Source: Octopus vulgaris (taxonomy: Eukaryota). Taken from it: a stretch of DNA of 64,000 nucleotides. The DNA is taken from positions 66,898,001 to 66,962,000 of the forward strand of contig OX597830.1 in assembly GCA_951406725.2 (NCBI GenBank). The letters are read 5' to 3'. The notes under the pieces are model-generated. The model did not search any database, was not told the origin of the DNA, and saw only the letters and a list, made by a program, of their open reading frames with translations. A program made the translations under genes and the position numbers. This document shows positions 63,081 through 64,000 of this stretch, one piece after another. Positions within the stretch are counted from its first letter, which is position 1. The number at the start of each line of letters is the position of its first letter.

Positions 63081-63558
63081 CATTATTATCGTAGTGTTCC
63101 CTCATCTGATGCCCCTGTGGAAAATAAAAGAAATCATCATCATCATCATCATCACCATCATCATCATCGTTATTTGATCCCCCCCCCGATATTCTCCCTC
63201 CCTCCCTCCCCCTCTCTTTTCTCTATTTGTTTTGGTTCCCGTTTAACGCTCACTTTCACTTTCACTTTCTCTCTACTTCCCTCCTGTCTTTACCCCCCCT
63301 CTCTCTCTCTCGTTTCCTCTTTTCTGTTCGTCTTCCTTCACCTCCTCTATTTCTCTAAATGCACGTTCGTTCCCATCCAGACGACGGTTTTATCGCCATA
63401 GTAGAAATAACATCCATTCATAGATGTCCCACTTCCTCCTCCTCTTCCTCTTCCTCTTACCTCCTTCCACTTCATACCTTTACCCTGTTACTTTTAACAC
63501 TACCTTTTCTATCTCTCTCCCTCCCTCTCTCTTTTCCCTCTTTCCTATCACTTAGTGT

Positions 63559-63730
63559 CTCTTTCTCCCCTCTTTCCCACTCCCCAACTCCCTCTTTCTC
63601 CCCTCTCTCCCACTCCCCAACTCCCTCTTTCTCCCCTCTTTCCCACTCCCCAACTCCCTCTTTCTCCCCTCTTTCCCACTCCCCAACTCCCTCTTTCTCC
63701 CCTCTTTCTCACTCCCCAACTCCCTCTTTC
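63559..63730. repeat. 33-bp pyrimidine-rich tandem repeat, about 5 copies
   Basis: Unit ctctttctcccctctttcccactccccaactcc. Confidence 0.9.
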
Positions 63731-64000
63731 CTTCTCTCCCGCGCTCTCCCCCTCTCCCTTTTCCCTCTCCCATTCTCTCTCACTCTCTTCCTCTCTCTTT
63801 TCCCTCTTTCCTATCACTCGGTGTCTCTTTCTCCCCTCTTTCCTTCTCTCCCGCGCTCTTTTTCTCCTCTCTTTCGTACTCACCCCTCTCCCTTTTCCCT
63901 CTCTCCCGTTCTCTCTCACTCTCTTCCTCTCTCTCTGTATTATGCATGTCTAAACAATTCCTCTCCCTCACAATTATCGGTTTTCATCGTCGCTGTTGTC

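Overview
AT-rich, microsatellite-saturated eukaryotic DNA. The repeat landscape (several tRNA-derived SINE families, RTE/CR1/R4 LINEs, Helitrons, mariners, very long CA/TA/CATA tracts) looks like a cephalopod (Octopus) genome; this is inferred, not tested. Almost all ORFs in the supplied track are microsatellite artefacts. The only host coding signal I can support is a + strand synaptotagmin-14/16-like gene. It has a 117-bp transmembrane exon at 44594-44710 that joins in phase to a small ATG exon at 4747-4798 across a ~40-kb intron. The rest is TE-filled intronic or flanking DNA. Best hunting result: at least seven type-I hammerhead ribozyme motifs sit in short Penelope-like (PLE) remnants next to (TA)n or other microsatellite tracts. 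Three have intact cores and several have an unusually long stem II. The two fully canonical GUA copies lie antisense to the gene, while most sense copies carry core mutations. Also notable: a short GC-rich bipartite RTE element with a strongly structured 5' RNA (cUUCGg loop), a SINE/CR1-LINE shared 3' hairpin with compensatory changes, Helitrons flanked by 36-56 bp duplications, a Helitron CTAG|TC head-to-tail junction, and a LINE frameshift that perfects a 30-bp palindrome. All family assignments come from visual motif recognition, and boundaries of old repeats are approximate.
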